A DNA stretch of 64,000 nt from Camelus dromedarius (lineage: Eukaryota), in contig NC_087437.1 in NCBI RefSeq assembly GCF_036321535.1, positions 99,760,001 through 99,824,000 on the forward strand. Direction: 5' to 3'. Positions 40,756 through 54,990 of the stretch are shown here, one piece after another. A model generated the notes under the pieces. It was not told the DNA's origin. It did not search any database and saw only the letters and a program-made list of their open reading frames with translations. The stretch's first letter is position 1; the number at the start of each line of letters is the position of its first letter. The translations under genes and the position numbers were made by a program.

Positions 40756-42159
40756 TTTTTCTAATTTAGGAGAGAGAATTAGTGATTGAAAGAATAAACC
40801 TTAAGAAACACAAATCAGGCTTTAAATTCTAGCTTTGTCAGTTATTGATTTGCTAGGATCTCAGCCTCTGCATTTCTTATTTTTCTCCTGTCCAACATTT
40901 GGATAGAACTTTCTGCAAAACACTGGGGTGACTAATTGGGTAATAAAGATGTGACTGATGTGTCAACAAGCATGATGTGTGTGCACTGTGATCACTGAAT
41001 AAAGCTGAAAGAGACAGTGGGAGAAGATATAACCTTCTCGTGTCCCTGGAGGGAACACTCAGACAGCCTTCTCTGCCTTTCCTCTCATTACTGAGTAAAA
41101 GGTGATATGACTATTACTTGCAATGGAAACACAGGCTCAATTTTCAGTCACCAGAATGTTCACTCTGATATAACAGTGAAAACTCCAAATCTGATTTAAC
41201 ATGCAACTGAAACCCTCAACCAGCTGGCACCTGTTTTAGGCTGGCACTTACAGTGGTGCAAGGGCTCTGGTGCCTTCTCCCTTCCAGTTCACCATCTCTC
41301 CCAGGCCCCAGCTTCATTTTGGGATCAAAGCTGGAATGAGAGAGAAGAAGTAACACCTGGGCGGCTCGATGCTTTCTGGTCTGTCAGATAGTTCAAGGTG
41401 GCAGCTCTTAGCGGAAGGCTGTGCAGATGCTCACAGCTGACCTCTGTCCTCATGGTTGCTCTAGGGGGCTTTCTGAATGTTCTCTTTGGCCAATCTCTCT
41501 CATGGTTCCCTTGGTCTCAACAAATACCTTTCTATTTCAGGGCTTAGGCTCCCAAATTAGCTACTACTCACCAGCTGAACATCCTCTCCCTGGGGTCTTC
41601 TCGTGCCTCCAGAAGCCACAAGATAGGCCTTGGAAGACCTAAGATGATTCTACACCAAGGCTCTCTTCCACGTGGCCCACAGCCAGATCTCATGCATCAT
41701 CCCTTGTTCCAGAAAACTAGATCACTTCCTTTTGATCCCCTATTTCATCTTTCCCTTAACTTATAAATTTCCAGGTATGAGTTGGATCTAAGCCATAGTC
41801 TGTTGTAATTTTCTCAGGCAAGAGAAAGGTCCTTATCCTCCTAACCACGAACAGGAGGGGGAACTCATAGTGGGGGAATTGCTCTCTTTGAAGAGGTATC
41901 TGCACACATCTTCTCTCTCAAATCCTTAATTTAGACCTTTGATCTGGCTGAAGGGTCCGAGGCATACGGAACAACTTCTCGTGACCACTTCCAGCACAAG
42001 CTTTCATGTGGGTGGGCAGGCTGCTCGGGCTCACGTTGGTGTCCTGACACCGACGCTGGGGTCTGTCCTGCATTTCTCAGTCAAAACTAAGAAGGAAGGA
42101 ACACCAAGGAGGAATCCTGTTATTTATCAGTCACAAAGCATAGAGCGGTGCCTGGCACC

Positions 42160-42324
42160 AACACTACATACATAATTTTCTGGGCCAGTGCAAAATTAAA
42201 TTCAGGTCCTATTGTTCACAAATTATCAAGAATTTCAAGACGATACAATGCTAGCAGAGCATTAAACTGCCCATCTAAGTGCAGGGCCCTGTGTGACAGT
42301 GCAAGTTACGTGAAGTCAGCCCTA
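42160..42324 (-). mobile_element. MER45A-like hAT-Tip100 MITE
   Basis: gggccagtgcaaaattaaa...ttgttca...aagaatttcaagacg...agcagagcattaaac...gggccctgtgtgac...tgaagtcagccct. Confidence 0.8.
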
Positions 42325-43394
42325 GAAAACAGATAGTAGAAGGAGTCATTGTTGTTTGTCCTTTGGCTCATATCCCACATAATCCCATTCTGCTCGGATG
42401 TGCCTGAATGGTTCTAGCAGCACTGAGACCTTACTAATAATCCATCACATTCGTGCACGGTTCAGAACCGATTTCGTGCTGAAACAAAAACCAGTCAATT
42501 TAGATCAGAACAGACTTTCCCCAAACTAACTGGCTACTTCCCTGATAAGGAAATGAGGGGGGCTCATTAATAACCTTTGCAAGTTATTTTTTCTGATTCC
42601 ATTCTGAGAGCAAAGATGTGTGAAGTGCTTAGGAGGAACTACCACCTCTACCAGTAGCCTCTTTTTTGTTTTAGCTTCAAAAAAACAGTAACAGAGCAAC
42701 GAGGCAAAAACAGAGAGTCCTATAATCAGAAATACTGAGGACGAAAGTACACTGTGCTATCCATCAAAGGACCTAATGCGTGTCATTATTTCCATTAAAG
42801 CATTTTGTGTTGGGAGAAAATAAGACATTTCTTGGAAGGGGGTGGTTTGCCTTTCTAATTCAATGGCACAGAATCTAGCATCCCCGAGGTAAGGTTCAGC
42901 AGGAGCTCACAGAGCCAGTGCTGAGATGCAGACACTGCAGGTCTCATCCATCTCCCTGACACATGCAGGGACTCATTGTGCGGCTGCCAGACACAGTCGG
43001 CTGGGACAAGAACGTTACAGAATACAGAAAAGGAAGCCATGCCGTTGGGCTCGTTACTGCTCTTCTCTGTGAATGGCTCCATAAAGCAGCTCTGGGAGCA
43101 TTATTCTGAGATGAAGAAACAGAGCTTCAGTCCACGGCCATCAGAACCCGTACAAGCAGTCACGGAGTTAAGTAAGCGACGCTCAGGGAAGGCAGAAACT
43201 GGAGGTGTTCGCAGTGAGGAGGGGACTGCATTTCCAGAGCAATATGTTTGATGCAGACGCTGAGTCAGATCAGCTGCCTCTGAGATTGATGATATTCCAG
43301 CCTCTCCCATTCCCTGAATTCCAAACCAAAATAACCAAGGGTGCCTGATAGGAAAGACCTCACTCAGTCATTACTGGAAAATGTAATTCAAACA

Positions 43395-43396
<2 letters not shown>

Positions 43397-43480
<84 letters not shown>
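43397..43480. repeat. Compound microsatellite (AG)18(TG)24
   Basis: Read directly; both tracts perfect. Confidence 0.97.
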
Positions 43481-43481
<1 letters not shown>

Positions 43482-44609
43482 AGGGGGGCAGAGTACACAG
43501 TGAGAAACCTCAGTTACAGTTCATGTCTGGGGCTCCCTCACTAACTGAAAAATAAAACAAGGAGGAAAATATAAGAAGTTGCCTGGAACAGGCAGACCCT
43601 ACAAGGACACAGGGCTTTGCATCGATAAACACAGCAGAAAGGGACAGTGTGTGGTCATTTGAGGTTCTACGGCATGAAGCTGGTTTAGGCTATTCTCAAA
43701 TGAGGAACATGGAGGGAGGGAGGGGAGCAAGGTCACACCTGTGCCTTTTCATAGCTCCCTGCCGTACACGCGGGTTGCAGGGTTTACTGCTGGGCTTTGG
43801 GATACGTGATTCGACCTGCGGCCTCTAAATCTGCATAATATTGATTCTTCATAAAGGGATCTCACACTATGTAAGGATCCACACCTCCCCCTGCCCACCC
43901 CCCACCTTTTATTTTAAGCAGGACTTGTTTCGGGAAAGAGGGCAGTTAGTGCAAAATCTATCAGAAGGCGTCTCAACCTGTCGTCCGGTCTCCAGCCAGG
44001 AACTCTCTGGAATGAGGCCATGCAACTCTTCTTATTTGTTAGGCCCTGGCCTATTTTTCCAGGCTGTTGTATAAGACAAATCCACCGCCTCATTTCTCAT
44101 AGCCTCTCTACAAAGGAAAAAAAGCAGACAGATCTTCCCAAACTCAGACAGAATATTGTGCACAGCCAAGTGGGCTGAAAAAAGCACGCTGCCAAATTGG
44201 CCAGCACAGCTCCACGTACAGCTCTCTTTCCAGAGTTTCAGCAACAACAACAAAGATGCTGACCCCATGCCACCCCACCCCCACCCCAGTACATGAAAGA
44301 GAGCTCAGATGCTCCTGTTCGGATAGAATCGGGACTCTGCAAAGCAAGCAGAGATGTTGCCATCAAGACCCAATGCTCTTCAGAAGTATCAGAGCAAGGT
44401 CTGGTAACCAACGTTTTTGAAAAATAAAATCTGAAGCATAAAAACTTCGTGTCAGAGAGATGAACACTGAAACGGCCTACATCATCACCAAGTACAGGAC
44501 AAGGCATTTGCATACACAGAAGGGTCCTAGGTTAAGTTCTGCTGCTAAAACTTTATCACCATTCCTAACAAGCATGCTCTGGGCATTAAGATCCTACTGA
44601 AGAATTAGT

Positions 44610-44775
44610 AATAGCCTGCTTTACGAGTTGAGTAAGTTTCAGGCACTGTGACACACTCTTTGCATGGTGTATTTTATCTAATTCTCACCATAACCCAGAA
44701 ATTATTCCAACTTTATGGATGAGAATACTGAAGTTCAGAGACATTCAGATACTCGCCCCAGCTAATAGTAGCGGA
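44610..44775 (-). mobile_element. MIR SINE
   Basis: caggcactgtg...attctcaccataacc...ttatggatgagaatactgaagttcagaga. Confidence 0.7.
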
Positions 44776-47700
44776 GTCAACACTCTCTGTGAGGATGGGC
44801 CAATGCAAATGCCTCCCATTGTGAAACCACTCCCCACACACATCAGCTGCCCTTAAAGTGAACAGCTATGGGCTTTTCATCCTCTCTAGTTCCATCCGTG
44901 TTTACGGTGTGCAGAGTAATGAACTTGCACAACAGGTGGTATTTTTGCCCTCAGAGAATTAAAATTCCCCCAAAGTATCTTCTTTATATGAACTTAATTT
45001 TGAGGGAAACATATCTTTGAGATGATCAATAACTAATGAAGAATGGAGACAGATATTTCCTGACCCACCTCAGGGGTCGATCTCTCTTTCTTTCTATCTG
45101 TCTCTGTCTGTCTGTCTGTCTGTCTGTCTCATTCACTATCTGATCACAGCATCCCTTATGTCCGTGCTGCACAATGTGAAAACCAGCTCCCATCTGCCTT
45201 CTTTTCTCATAGACCAACAGTGAGGCATTCAGACTGCAGGAACCACGTTCCCAGTGTCTGCAGGGCCTCTGGTGGTGGCCAGGAGACTGGAAACTCTTCA
45301 GCCTCAAAACACTCCATCAAGCCATTCAGCCAGTGGCATTTCACATAATGCTACATGATTAAAGACCATGAAGGTTAAACATTCTAACCAGACACATATG
45401 TCTCGCAATGGTCTTTTGAAAACCCTCATTCTGAGGAACCATCTGGACATTCCAGGTGATCTCCATGCCTACTGAAGGGGGTCCACTCCATCATACATAA
45501 TAGTTTGTGTAATCCAGCAGAGAGTGTATTTGATGGCCCCTTTTGTTTTAGCTTCTTTAAGAAGAGAGCCAAAGACTGACTTCACTTTCATCAAAAAGAA
45601 TATTGTCACACACAAATGAGAAAGCCCTGGCTCTTAAAGAGTATTAGAATTTAGGACTTGTTCCTGAGCAGTGTAAGGATGCAGATCCTAATTGAGACTC
45701 AGAAGACTAAGAGAGATGACTCAGAGAAAGGATGCTGAAAGGACACAGGGATACGTCTCGGCTGGACCCAAGGAATACCCTCAAACAGCAAGAGCAGTGC
45801 AGGATTTGAAAAGATCCCTTGGCTCTCAGAGAGTGAGATAGTCATAAAACCTGAGAGTCATACAAAATCTCAGTGGTTGTCTTGACAGTACACTCTTTAT
45901 ACCAAAGAGGAAAAGGTCAGAAGTCCGAGAGATTGAAGGAAGGATGGACCTCATTCAGACTTTTGGACTTCAGATTCAAAGGACACACCATTTTCCTCAA
46001 AAACAAATTGGATATGTTCAGAGACTGGATTAAAATCTGTTTGGAATGTTGCAGTGATGATTCAATATTCAGACAGGCAAAAATGGGTCACATGTTATTT
46101 TCAATTCCAGATGTCTATGATATTGTAGCTATTGTACCTGGAATAAGTGATATAATCTTTGTAGGTGACAATATACTGGGTAACCTTTTTAAGATCCCTC
46201 CTCCATCCTAAGGTTATATACAGACAGAAGCATCATCTGTGATTACAGAAAAAAACTGGGGATATATCCAACAAAAATTTATATATATATATATAGTGTA
46301 TGTGTAGTATTGTATTGTACATATATATGTGTATATATATTGTATGTATATATTGTATAATGTATAGGTACAATGTTACCCAGGTCATTTTATTAAATAT
46401 CTAAATAAGTATTGTGCTGATATACAGTGCACCCCACATCTCTTTCAGGAAATAATTTTAACACATATTTCTTACTCTATAGTATAAGACATTCCAAAGA
46501 ATGTTTTAATTTGATGGGAAACAGATTTGTGAGATGCAAAATGGAATTTTATAAAATTTCTCCAAATTATAATGCTTTGCAGATAGACCACAGCATTCAT
46601 CAATTTAATCTTTGGGTGGAACTTTCAAAACAAATTCCAGAGGCTGCTGCCATTTTGTAATATGCAATTTTGCTGAGCCATGAATATAAAGGTCAGTATG
46701 CAAAAAAGAGTCACTTAAGCAGATAAATGAGATTGTTCAACACACACTTTTGCTGGGGTTCAGCTGAATTCAGCCAAGAGTTCTTGAACTTCTTTGACAC
46801 TGACATTATCAACTAAGCAGGATTTCTCATTAAGTGTCTGAAGGATCACTTAAACATTTCTGTAATGTTTTATTCCATTTTATGCGGACAGTTACATGCC
46901 ATATTAGCAGTCATGAATTTGAGGTTTCTTGAACAAATACAAACAGTCTTTGTGGAAGTCCAGGATCTGATATTAATTTTGTAATAAAAGACAAAAGAAT
47001 TTAGAATCAAAGAATATAATCCTGTCAGAGTTTTGGTATCTTATATAAAGATACATACTGCGTTTTTCACTCTCCTTAAAAAGTTATTCATATGAGTATT
47101 TGTACATAAATTTTGAACATACAGCAAAATTTTGCCAATACTTCTAATATTTACTGGAGTCAAATATCCTGACACTAGAATGCTGACTAAACCTAATATG
47201 TAATGTTGTCAATTTCTACTTAAATTTCTTTTTCTCCACTATTCTATGTCTTCTAGATTTTACCTATTTTTTTTTCATTAACTGAGCACAAATCTCTCCC
47301 TTAGATTAAGTTGTCACTGGATATTGCATTCTCTATATTTTTTAAAAGTTTGGTTTTCCTAGTGCAGATCAGATTTAATTACACTTAAAAGAGGAGATAC
47401 CCTAATCCTTTCTAGATGTGCTGTGTCAAGCATAGGGCGAAGGCCCAGAGTCATAGACTTGGACCCTGAAATGCCTGATCCAGCTGCTCTGCACCTCATT
47501 CCTGGTTCTCCTTCTCAAGTGCTACTGGTTGCCAATATCACCAGCATCTCCATTTATACTCTTATCTCTTTATTTGAACTTCCTTCCCTGCATCTATTTC
47601 ATTATGCAGTGTCCAGAACAAGTGTGGGCTACATCCAGTTAAAAAAAATAAACCCCATATCTTTGCCCCTTCCATTCCCTCTAGCTGAAAAATAGGACCT

Positions 47701-48819
47701 GGACCCAAATGTATTTGATATTCTGGAACTGATTCCAAGCCCAATGGAAACTTCAGCGTGTCTGTAGTCACCGAAGAAGTTTACTCTGTAAGTGACAAAT
47801 ACAGAAGCTATGACAGTTCATTCTATAATTCCATGATTTTAAGGAAGAAAGAGTCATCATTATTTACTGGCTGTAATGACACAATTTGTGCCAGACAGCA
47901 AGATGCTTTTGTGCATCTGACTCTGCTTGTTTCTTCTATTATGACTTTCTTTTGGTATATTAGAGTGAGGATCAAATTGCTTGTAGTTTTTGCCCCCTTT
48001 ATGTCTAGCATCTGGCGACGTTGTATCCGAATAGAGCTGGACCCTGCTGGTTATTTAACTAGTGAGCCAAAGGATGTCGATCACATAGAATTGCCCCCAT
48101 TTGGTTTCTTTGTTTTTAAAGTAAAAGGATGATTTAAAATAAAACTTTCAGTTTTTGATATTTCAAATAGTTACTATGTAGAATAGGACACGAAATGGTT
48201 AACTTAATTGAAATGTCTAAGCCTAACACTGCTAGACCTTTCAAGAGGGGATGGCTGATGCAGATACACAGTTAAGGGTTTAATAACACGTATTATCTCC
48301 CTCAACGTTGCTACACTTAACATAAACAATGGCTCGAAAGCCATCAGCCAAACCGAAAGTGAAATGGTTTAGAAAGTGCTGAATGCTTCTATTATGCGTT
48401 ATTTTAGCTGGGGTAATGAATATTGTATGATCTCTTAAAGTCGAGGTAGTTTTGTACTATTTTGGTGTCTATTATTCTTAGAGAATCCTTAAGTAATGCA
48501 ATGGAGCTAAACTTAAATGCTATTTTCCTGTTTAGGTCATTATTCTTCCTTTTTTCCCAGCACATTGGATTATATAAAATCCTGCAGAGGCACTTTAAAG
48601 ATACAATAGAAGCAATGCTAACTTTAAAGTGAATCTTTCCTGGGAAGAACCCATTTTCAGTCACGATTTCTAATTACAGTAGAGGTGACTCAAAAATTGC
48701 CAAACATTAGATACCTCAAAAAGGCACCATAAATTAGCATCATTTTACAGATGAGGAAATTTAGGTATCATAAGATTAGGTGACTGGCCCAGAAATAAAT
48801 ATACATATTTATATACAAA

Positions 48820-48825
<6 letters not shown>

Positions 48826-48905
<80 letters not shown>

Positions 48906-48926
48906 CAACTAAATATATATATATAC
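48826..48926. repeat. Compound (TA)n(CA)n microsatellite
   Basis: Read directly. Confidence 0.95.
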
Positions 48927-51564
48927 ATGACTAAAATATACACGCATGTATAAAGGGAAAAAGAACTAAACAGTAATTATCTATCGTGTTCTAGGAATTG
49001 AGGTAAATAGGTAAATGTTTCATAAATGATCTCATTGACCCTCCTTACCTTGATATATTTTCCATGCACTAAACCCTTACAAAATTTCAAGCTACTATTA
49101 CCAAATCAGTTCTGCCATAAAGACCGCTTCCCATCTGTCCCTCATATCGTCAGCCATCTTCCCTACTAACCAGAAAAGGCATGGAAGCAGCAGTCACTTT
49201 GACTTCTTTCCATGAATCACTTGGGAGATGAAAACCTTTCTGAAGCCACTGAGCTAGTAAGGAATTCCACTTGTATTTCTCTCCATCTCTGTCCCCACTC
49301 TTCCCCTAGGTCTCCTTTTGTCACTGCCACATCTATCAACAGCTGCTCAAACAACGCCCACTTCAGTTTATTGTTTATTTAACTCCCTTAACATCTCCCT
49401 ATGATAACCACGTTAATTCAGAAGGTTCATCTTTGAGGACGGTGGATTAGTTAGGGTCCAGATAGCCACCTTCTTCCTACAGCAGCTAATTCATCATCTT
49501 GCTACACATGATCAGACCCTTTCCCATCTGATCACTGTGTGTGGCCACCGGAGGCGATCATTCTTTCTTGACTTCATTTTCTATGTTTTCTGGAACTAGT
49601 TTGCATATTTACTTTTCCCAATATCCATCCCTACTTACTTACACAGATGCAGATAAGACTGTATCTATATTTCATAGATGGATATGAATGTAATTTTATG
49701 AGAACACCTTTGTACTTCAATGTTCCCAATTATTTTGAAATTAATGAGATATGTACACGTTTCACTTTGGTCATTTTCTTCCTTATATTACAACAACATT
49801 TTATATGCTTAGTGTTAACCAGAGCACCATGTGAGTTTAACTATCAAAGCTTTTGAACATTTATTTATTTCCTTTTGACCAAAATCAAACTTTTGATATT
49901 TTACTTGTTACCATTAGATCTTCACTATGTTTGGAAATCTAGTTTAGGCTGGTTTCTTTTCCTGTTTTTAGCAGATAATTGTTAAAAACAAACAAACAAA
50001 AAGTCTGTCCCTTTCAGGGACGTACTATTCAACAGATCAACATCTTGGTGCTAAATTGGTAGGTGAGTAATCCTAGAAGCAGTGTGCTTTATGTGATGAC
50101 AGTTTTTAAAGTCACAGACTGCTGTTTCTCTGTGTCATTTGCTTTCTTTTTCCTAATGGATTTAAAAATTCATTCTCATCATCTTTTTGATCTCCGTGAT
50201 TTTCTTTTTCTATCCCCCGTGCTACTTATTGTCACTCTTAGCCATGTGTTTAAATGACAGTGTTCCCCAAAGATCTAGAAACTTTAATTTTTTGTTATAA
50301 GATTAGATTTTATTTGAATAAACCATAAAGGAGCTTTTATGGTTCATTAGTCATCCTCCTCCCCTATCTCTGTTTCTTATCCCATTCTAGCTTTGGGGAA
50401 AAGTGGTACGCTAACAAGGATTATAATTAGATAACACTACATGGGTAGAGTATGCTATTACTGAATGATGCTTGCATATTATTTCTTCTTGACTGGTGAC
50501 TAAAGCAACATTGAGGGATTCCTAGGGAAAGGACCAGAAGAATCCGCTAGCTATCATTATTTTAGCAGAAACAAGCTCCCTGAAAAAGCACTTCCAGCCA
50601 CTTCCCATCACAAAGTAGCACAATGAATATAAAGAAACTTACTCCTGTAAATCAAGTCCCTTATTTTTTTTATGTTTTGCTTTTCCCATTGTTGTCATTG
50701 TTGTTGTTAATATTGTTTTATCCCAGCAACTTCCACTACTAAATTCTGATCCTTTAGAAAGCTTGAATATATGCACACAGATATTCAATACCTCTGTTTT
50801 GAATAATCTTATAACTAAAGGTGACATGCAACAAGTTTAGTACTAAGAATAATTAAGAAGAGATATATAACAGACAATTGGAAACATCCACCCTGAAGAT
50901 CACATGCAACAATGTTTTATACATTCTATAAAAAGTTTACAATATTACAATTTTAAGTACCAATATACAGAAGATCCAGCACAGTTGAGCTATAACTTAT
51001 TCAAATTACAGTGTCATAGTTCCATTACATTTTGTTAGCCCTTTCATATCACTCCAAATAATCCTCACACATTTAACAAGGTCTCAGATTTGTTTTTCCA
51101 AATAAAATACATTTCATCCAGGAAATTCAGAAAGTTGCAGTTAGCTTAGTTTGATTACAAACATCTGTCACTGGCATGCACTAGGTACTACTTATCTATG
51201 TCTCCAATTTAACACTCCATGATAGCTGAAATTGCCCCACTAAGCAATCAGATAAAACTGAATTATCTTGAAACATTTTTCAAGTTTGGGTTTTAAATTT
51301 TAGTGTAAGTTAGCCAACTGTACTTTTTTTTTTTTTTTAATAACTTGACAATTTAAGCTTAGCAAAAGTTCTGTTTGGGGAAATGTTACCATTTAAGGAA
51401 ACTCCCATTCCAATGTTAGCTATTAAATTTTTACTAAGGTGTTGTCAGTTCCAGTTCAGTAAAATACCTTCATTTAAAATAAAAGTTTATATAACTTAAA
51501 GTCAAAGTTGGTAATGTAAAACATGTTGCTCAGAATTTGTTTTATTCCTGTAATATAATATTCA

Positions 51565-51712
51565 CAGTCACCCTGAGAAATGTGTTCTTTGATCCCCACT
51601 AAAGAGGTAAAGAAAGTGAGGCTTAGAGAAGTTAAGTAACAGGCCCCAAGGCAACGCCAGCTGCTATGGGGTTTACCCAGGATTTTATTTCAGGCTATTA
51701 TGACTCCAAAGA
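51565..51712 (-). mobile_element. MIR SINE
   Basis: gaaagtgaggcttagagaagttaagtaac...cccaagg...tgactccaaag. Confidence 0.7.
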
Positions 51713-52570
51713 CATTAGTCCAGGTTAAATGCAATTCACATCTCTGCCTTCTTCTAGGCATTTCTGTTTTTGAGAGAACTGGTCAACCATGCAAAACCTC
51801 TCCTATGTACTGTCAGCTATAGAGATTTCTCTCTTCTAAAATATATCAAGGGCAGAGATTATTTTGGGGTTTTTTGTTGTTGTTGTTGTTGTTGCTCCCA
51901 TAGCTTCAAAGCCTAGGCTTTACACAGTGGGAAAGAGACTTGTTTTGCTACCTGACCAAAATGCCTTAAGCAACTAATACTAGTTTTTCTAAGCAGACAC
52001 AGAGTGAGTTAAAAGCTATCTAACCATTGTAAATGAATTTCCATAGAGCAGCAATTCCAGGCCTGCCTACTTGTACTCTACTGTTTTTATTTTTTAGCAA
52101 CTACAACTAACTTAGACTTAAACCAAGTATGCTCTTTTTCTTTCTCCTAGTTCATGAGTGGAGGTAAAATATTACCAGAAACTAAAAGAAGAAGGAAGTT
52201 AGCTGCCTTCCTATTGAAAATGGGATGTAGCTGACTCATTTGGAAGCTCACTAGGTGGTTTTTTTTGTTGTTTGTTTTTTTGGGTTTTTTAAATCATATA
52301 AATTAGATAAGTGACTGTTTTTGCTATAGGTGCTAACCTGGTGCTTTTCAGATCCTTCTGTTGGAAGGCAATCAGGGATCTACAATTATAGGGTGCCCCA
52401 TGGCTCTTTTACGAGGGACATTTGGACAGAAAACCTGCTAGCACTTGCTGTCGGTGGGAATCACCACAGACCTTTCAGTTGTGGTTTCTAACTGTGGATA
52501 CCTCAGCAGGCTGCCAGCTATTTGGCTCCTGGAAAATGTATAATAAGTTTTAATGTTTTCATTCTGCCAT

Positions 52571-52620
52571 TGATAGATGGATAGATAGATAGATAGATAG
52601 ACAGATAGATAGATAGATAG
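52571..52620. repeat. (GATA)n tetranucleotide repeat
   Basis: Read directly; interrupted by GATG and GACA units. Confidence 0.93.
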
Positions 52621-53746
52621 AATTTATTATTTGGAAACCACAAGAAAAAAAATGCATTTTATAACTGTCCAGATAAATAACATTTAAAACTTTATCCAAA
52701 AAAGTCAGACTCTTTCTTAGCCAATGGATTCTTTCAGCAGCTGGCTTTAGAGGGAACAGCGTAATGTTTAACCCATAATCATGCTATGAAATTTGCCAAC
52801 TGCCCTGTCCCTTTGATCACTCCAAAAAGAAATATGTTCTTGTCTGTTTGAAAGAGAATCAGATACCTTGTACTTTGGTTATGCTATGCTTGGTCACCAG
52901 ATTCATAGGGTGACATTGTTTAAAATGCAAAGAAATGGAGGGGGGAAAAAAAGAAAAGAAAAGCTGTTGGAAATTCAGGAAATAGCACCTGAAGTAGGGA
53001 TAAAAAAAGAGGACCTTTTTATAGCATCTTTTTATGGATACTGTAAGACAAGGATTCACAATATACTTGTGACTCAAAGAAATTAGTTTGCCCTTAGAAA
53101 TATGAAATGTTCGGCTCTTTTATGGCACAGAGAAGAAACTGACCTCAGTTGCTTAGAGAATAACTTTGATGATTATGAGAAAAAAAAATTAAACTTGTAA
53201 GGGACAATTTAGAAGGAAAGCTCTGTATATGCTTATATTTTCAGATACTGAAGTGAACAGTCTGTTTGGATAAGCATCAGAGAAAGGAGTCTTAAGAGCA
53301 CCAGAACATCTTGTCAGTGGAGTACGATACACAGACTTGGATATTGTAAAGAATCTCTTTTATCTGAACTCTCACTTCCTGGCCTGGATAAAACTCCATG
53401 AAAAATGTCTGACCTGACTAGTTTTTCAACCTTTAACCCTTTGATATCCTCCAAGTGGAACTTAGCCCTTCATGGGAAAAATGTTTAAAAAATTCAAGTT
53501 TTAGAATAATTCATTTTTCTCACAAATTAAAAAAACACTTACTCATGTGATGAAGTTAGTTAAACTTTGGAAGCTGGAGCAAGTAGAAGCCCGTATAAGG
53601 GCCTAAAGCAGCATAAAGCAGTCTAGAAGTTAACTGCTAGACATTTAATATCTCTCTGGCTTTTAATTCTTTCCCTCCATCTTTCTTTGACCCTCATCAG
53701 AATAGACATTTTTACAAAGTGTCCACTCAAATGTGTATTTACAATA

Positions 53747-53938
53747 CAGCTGACCCTTGAACAACACAAGTTTAAACTGTGTGGGTCCACTGTGTGGGTC
53801 CAGTCTTCCTTAATGCCTGCATGGAGTTCCATGGATGTAGAACCATGGATGCGAGGGCCAACTGTAAACTTATACATAAATGTTTGACTTCAGGGAGGGC
53901 TGGGGCCCCTAACCTCTGCCTTGTTCAAGGATAAGCTG
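53747..53938. mobile_element. Tigger2a-like Tc1/mariner MITE
   Basis: TIRs cagctgacccttgaacaa ... ttgttcaaggataagctg, flanked by TA on both sides. Confidence 0.88.
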
Positions 53939-54217
53939 TACAGTATATTGAGTTTGGAAACAAAGAGGAAACCTGGTAGTATGATTCACAAAAATGTAGT
54001 TAACTACACGAGTTATCAGTGCACTCCAGAATAAAAGTTAGAAAGTTTTTTTTTTTCAGATGGGAAAAAATGGCAGAGCTAAATTATTATATCCTTGTAT
54101 CATATTAGTAGGTTCTACTAAACATGTGTTGTAAATTTTAGGTGAATAATGACCTACTGTTATTACACAAGGATTAGAAGTTTCAAGACAATTCTGAGAA
54201 AAGCATATTTACTGTTA

Positions 54218-54431
54218 GGTACCTGTTAGCTATTGTTACTTAACAAATAACCCTGAAACTCAGCATCTTAAAACAACCATCATTTTATAATAGCTCATAA
54301 TTTATGAGTCAAGAATTTAGTCTGAGCTCAGCTGGTTGGTTCTTCTGATACATATGGTGGTCACCCAGTGCCAGTCATCTGGCAGGTGGGCTTATCTGCA
54401 GAGTTCAAAACAGCCTCATACGCATGTCTGG
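54218..54431 (-). mobile_element. MaLR MLT1 LTR fragment
   Basis: gttagctattg...taacaaataaccctgaaactcag...ttaaaacaaccatcattt...gctcagctgg. Confidence 0.75.
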
Positions 54432-54562
54432 TGCTACAGTTTGAGTCTTTAGGTCCCCCCACCAAATACACATGTTGAAATCCTAACCCCAATATAATGG
54501 CTTTTGGAGGTGAGGCATTTGGGAGGTGGTTCAGTTATGAGGATGGATCCCTCCTGAATGGA
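54432..54562 (+). mobile_element. MaLR MLT1A/MST-like LTR 5' fragment
   Basis: tgctacagtttga...catgttgaaatcctaacccc...ggaggtgaggcatttgggagg. Confidence 0.75.
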
Positions 54563-54779
54563 TCCCTTCTCACAGTGTGGAGAGCAGATTTTAGGATGAA
54601 GGGAAGGAAGAGTAGATTCAAGAAGGTTACAGGCAACAAGGAGACAGCTTAAGAAGAAAAATCAACAAAAGTTGGTGATAGATTAAATATGAAGAATAAG
54701 TGAAAGGGACTGAAACTTAAGTGCTTGCTGTCCACCAATATCTACTGTCTCCTGTTTAATATTACTCATTTTAACTGAA

Positions 54780-54990
54780 AAACACTTAAGTGTACTAGGC
54801 ACAGTCCTAAAGACTTCATATTTTTTTCTGTGAAGTAGATGAGATTATGCACATTGTCCACATGAGGAATCTGTCACAAAGAGAAGCAAAACACCTCGCC
54901 AAGATCACAGTTCGGTAAGTAATAGACCAGGGACTTGAACCCAGGCTGTCTGCCCTGTGAGTCTATAATCATAATCCCAAACCATATTAG
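54780..54990 (-). mobile_element. MIR SINE
   Basis: atgaggaatctg...gccaagatcacag...gggacttgaacccaggctgtctg. Confidence 0.75.

Noticed and set aside
39607..48132. Other 60-142 aa ORFs in the track (e.g. 39607-40035, 45873-46211, 47758-48132)
   Set aside because: No recognisable domains, many use non-ATG starts, and their lengths are as expected by chance
52332..52492. Plus-strand exon (branch point gctaac, acceptor tttcag at 52351, one frame open about 45 codons)
   Set aside because: No convincing donor site and the peptide is not recognisable
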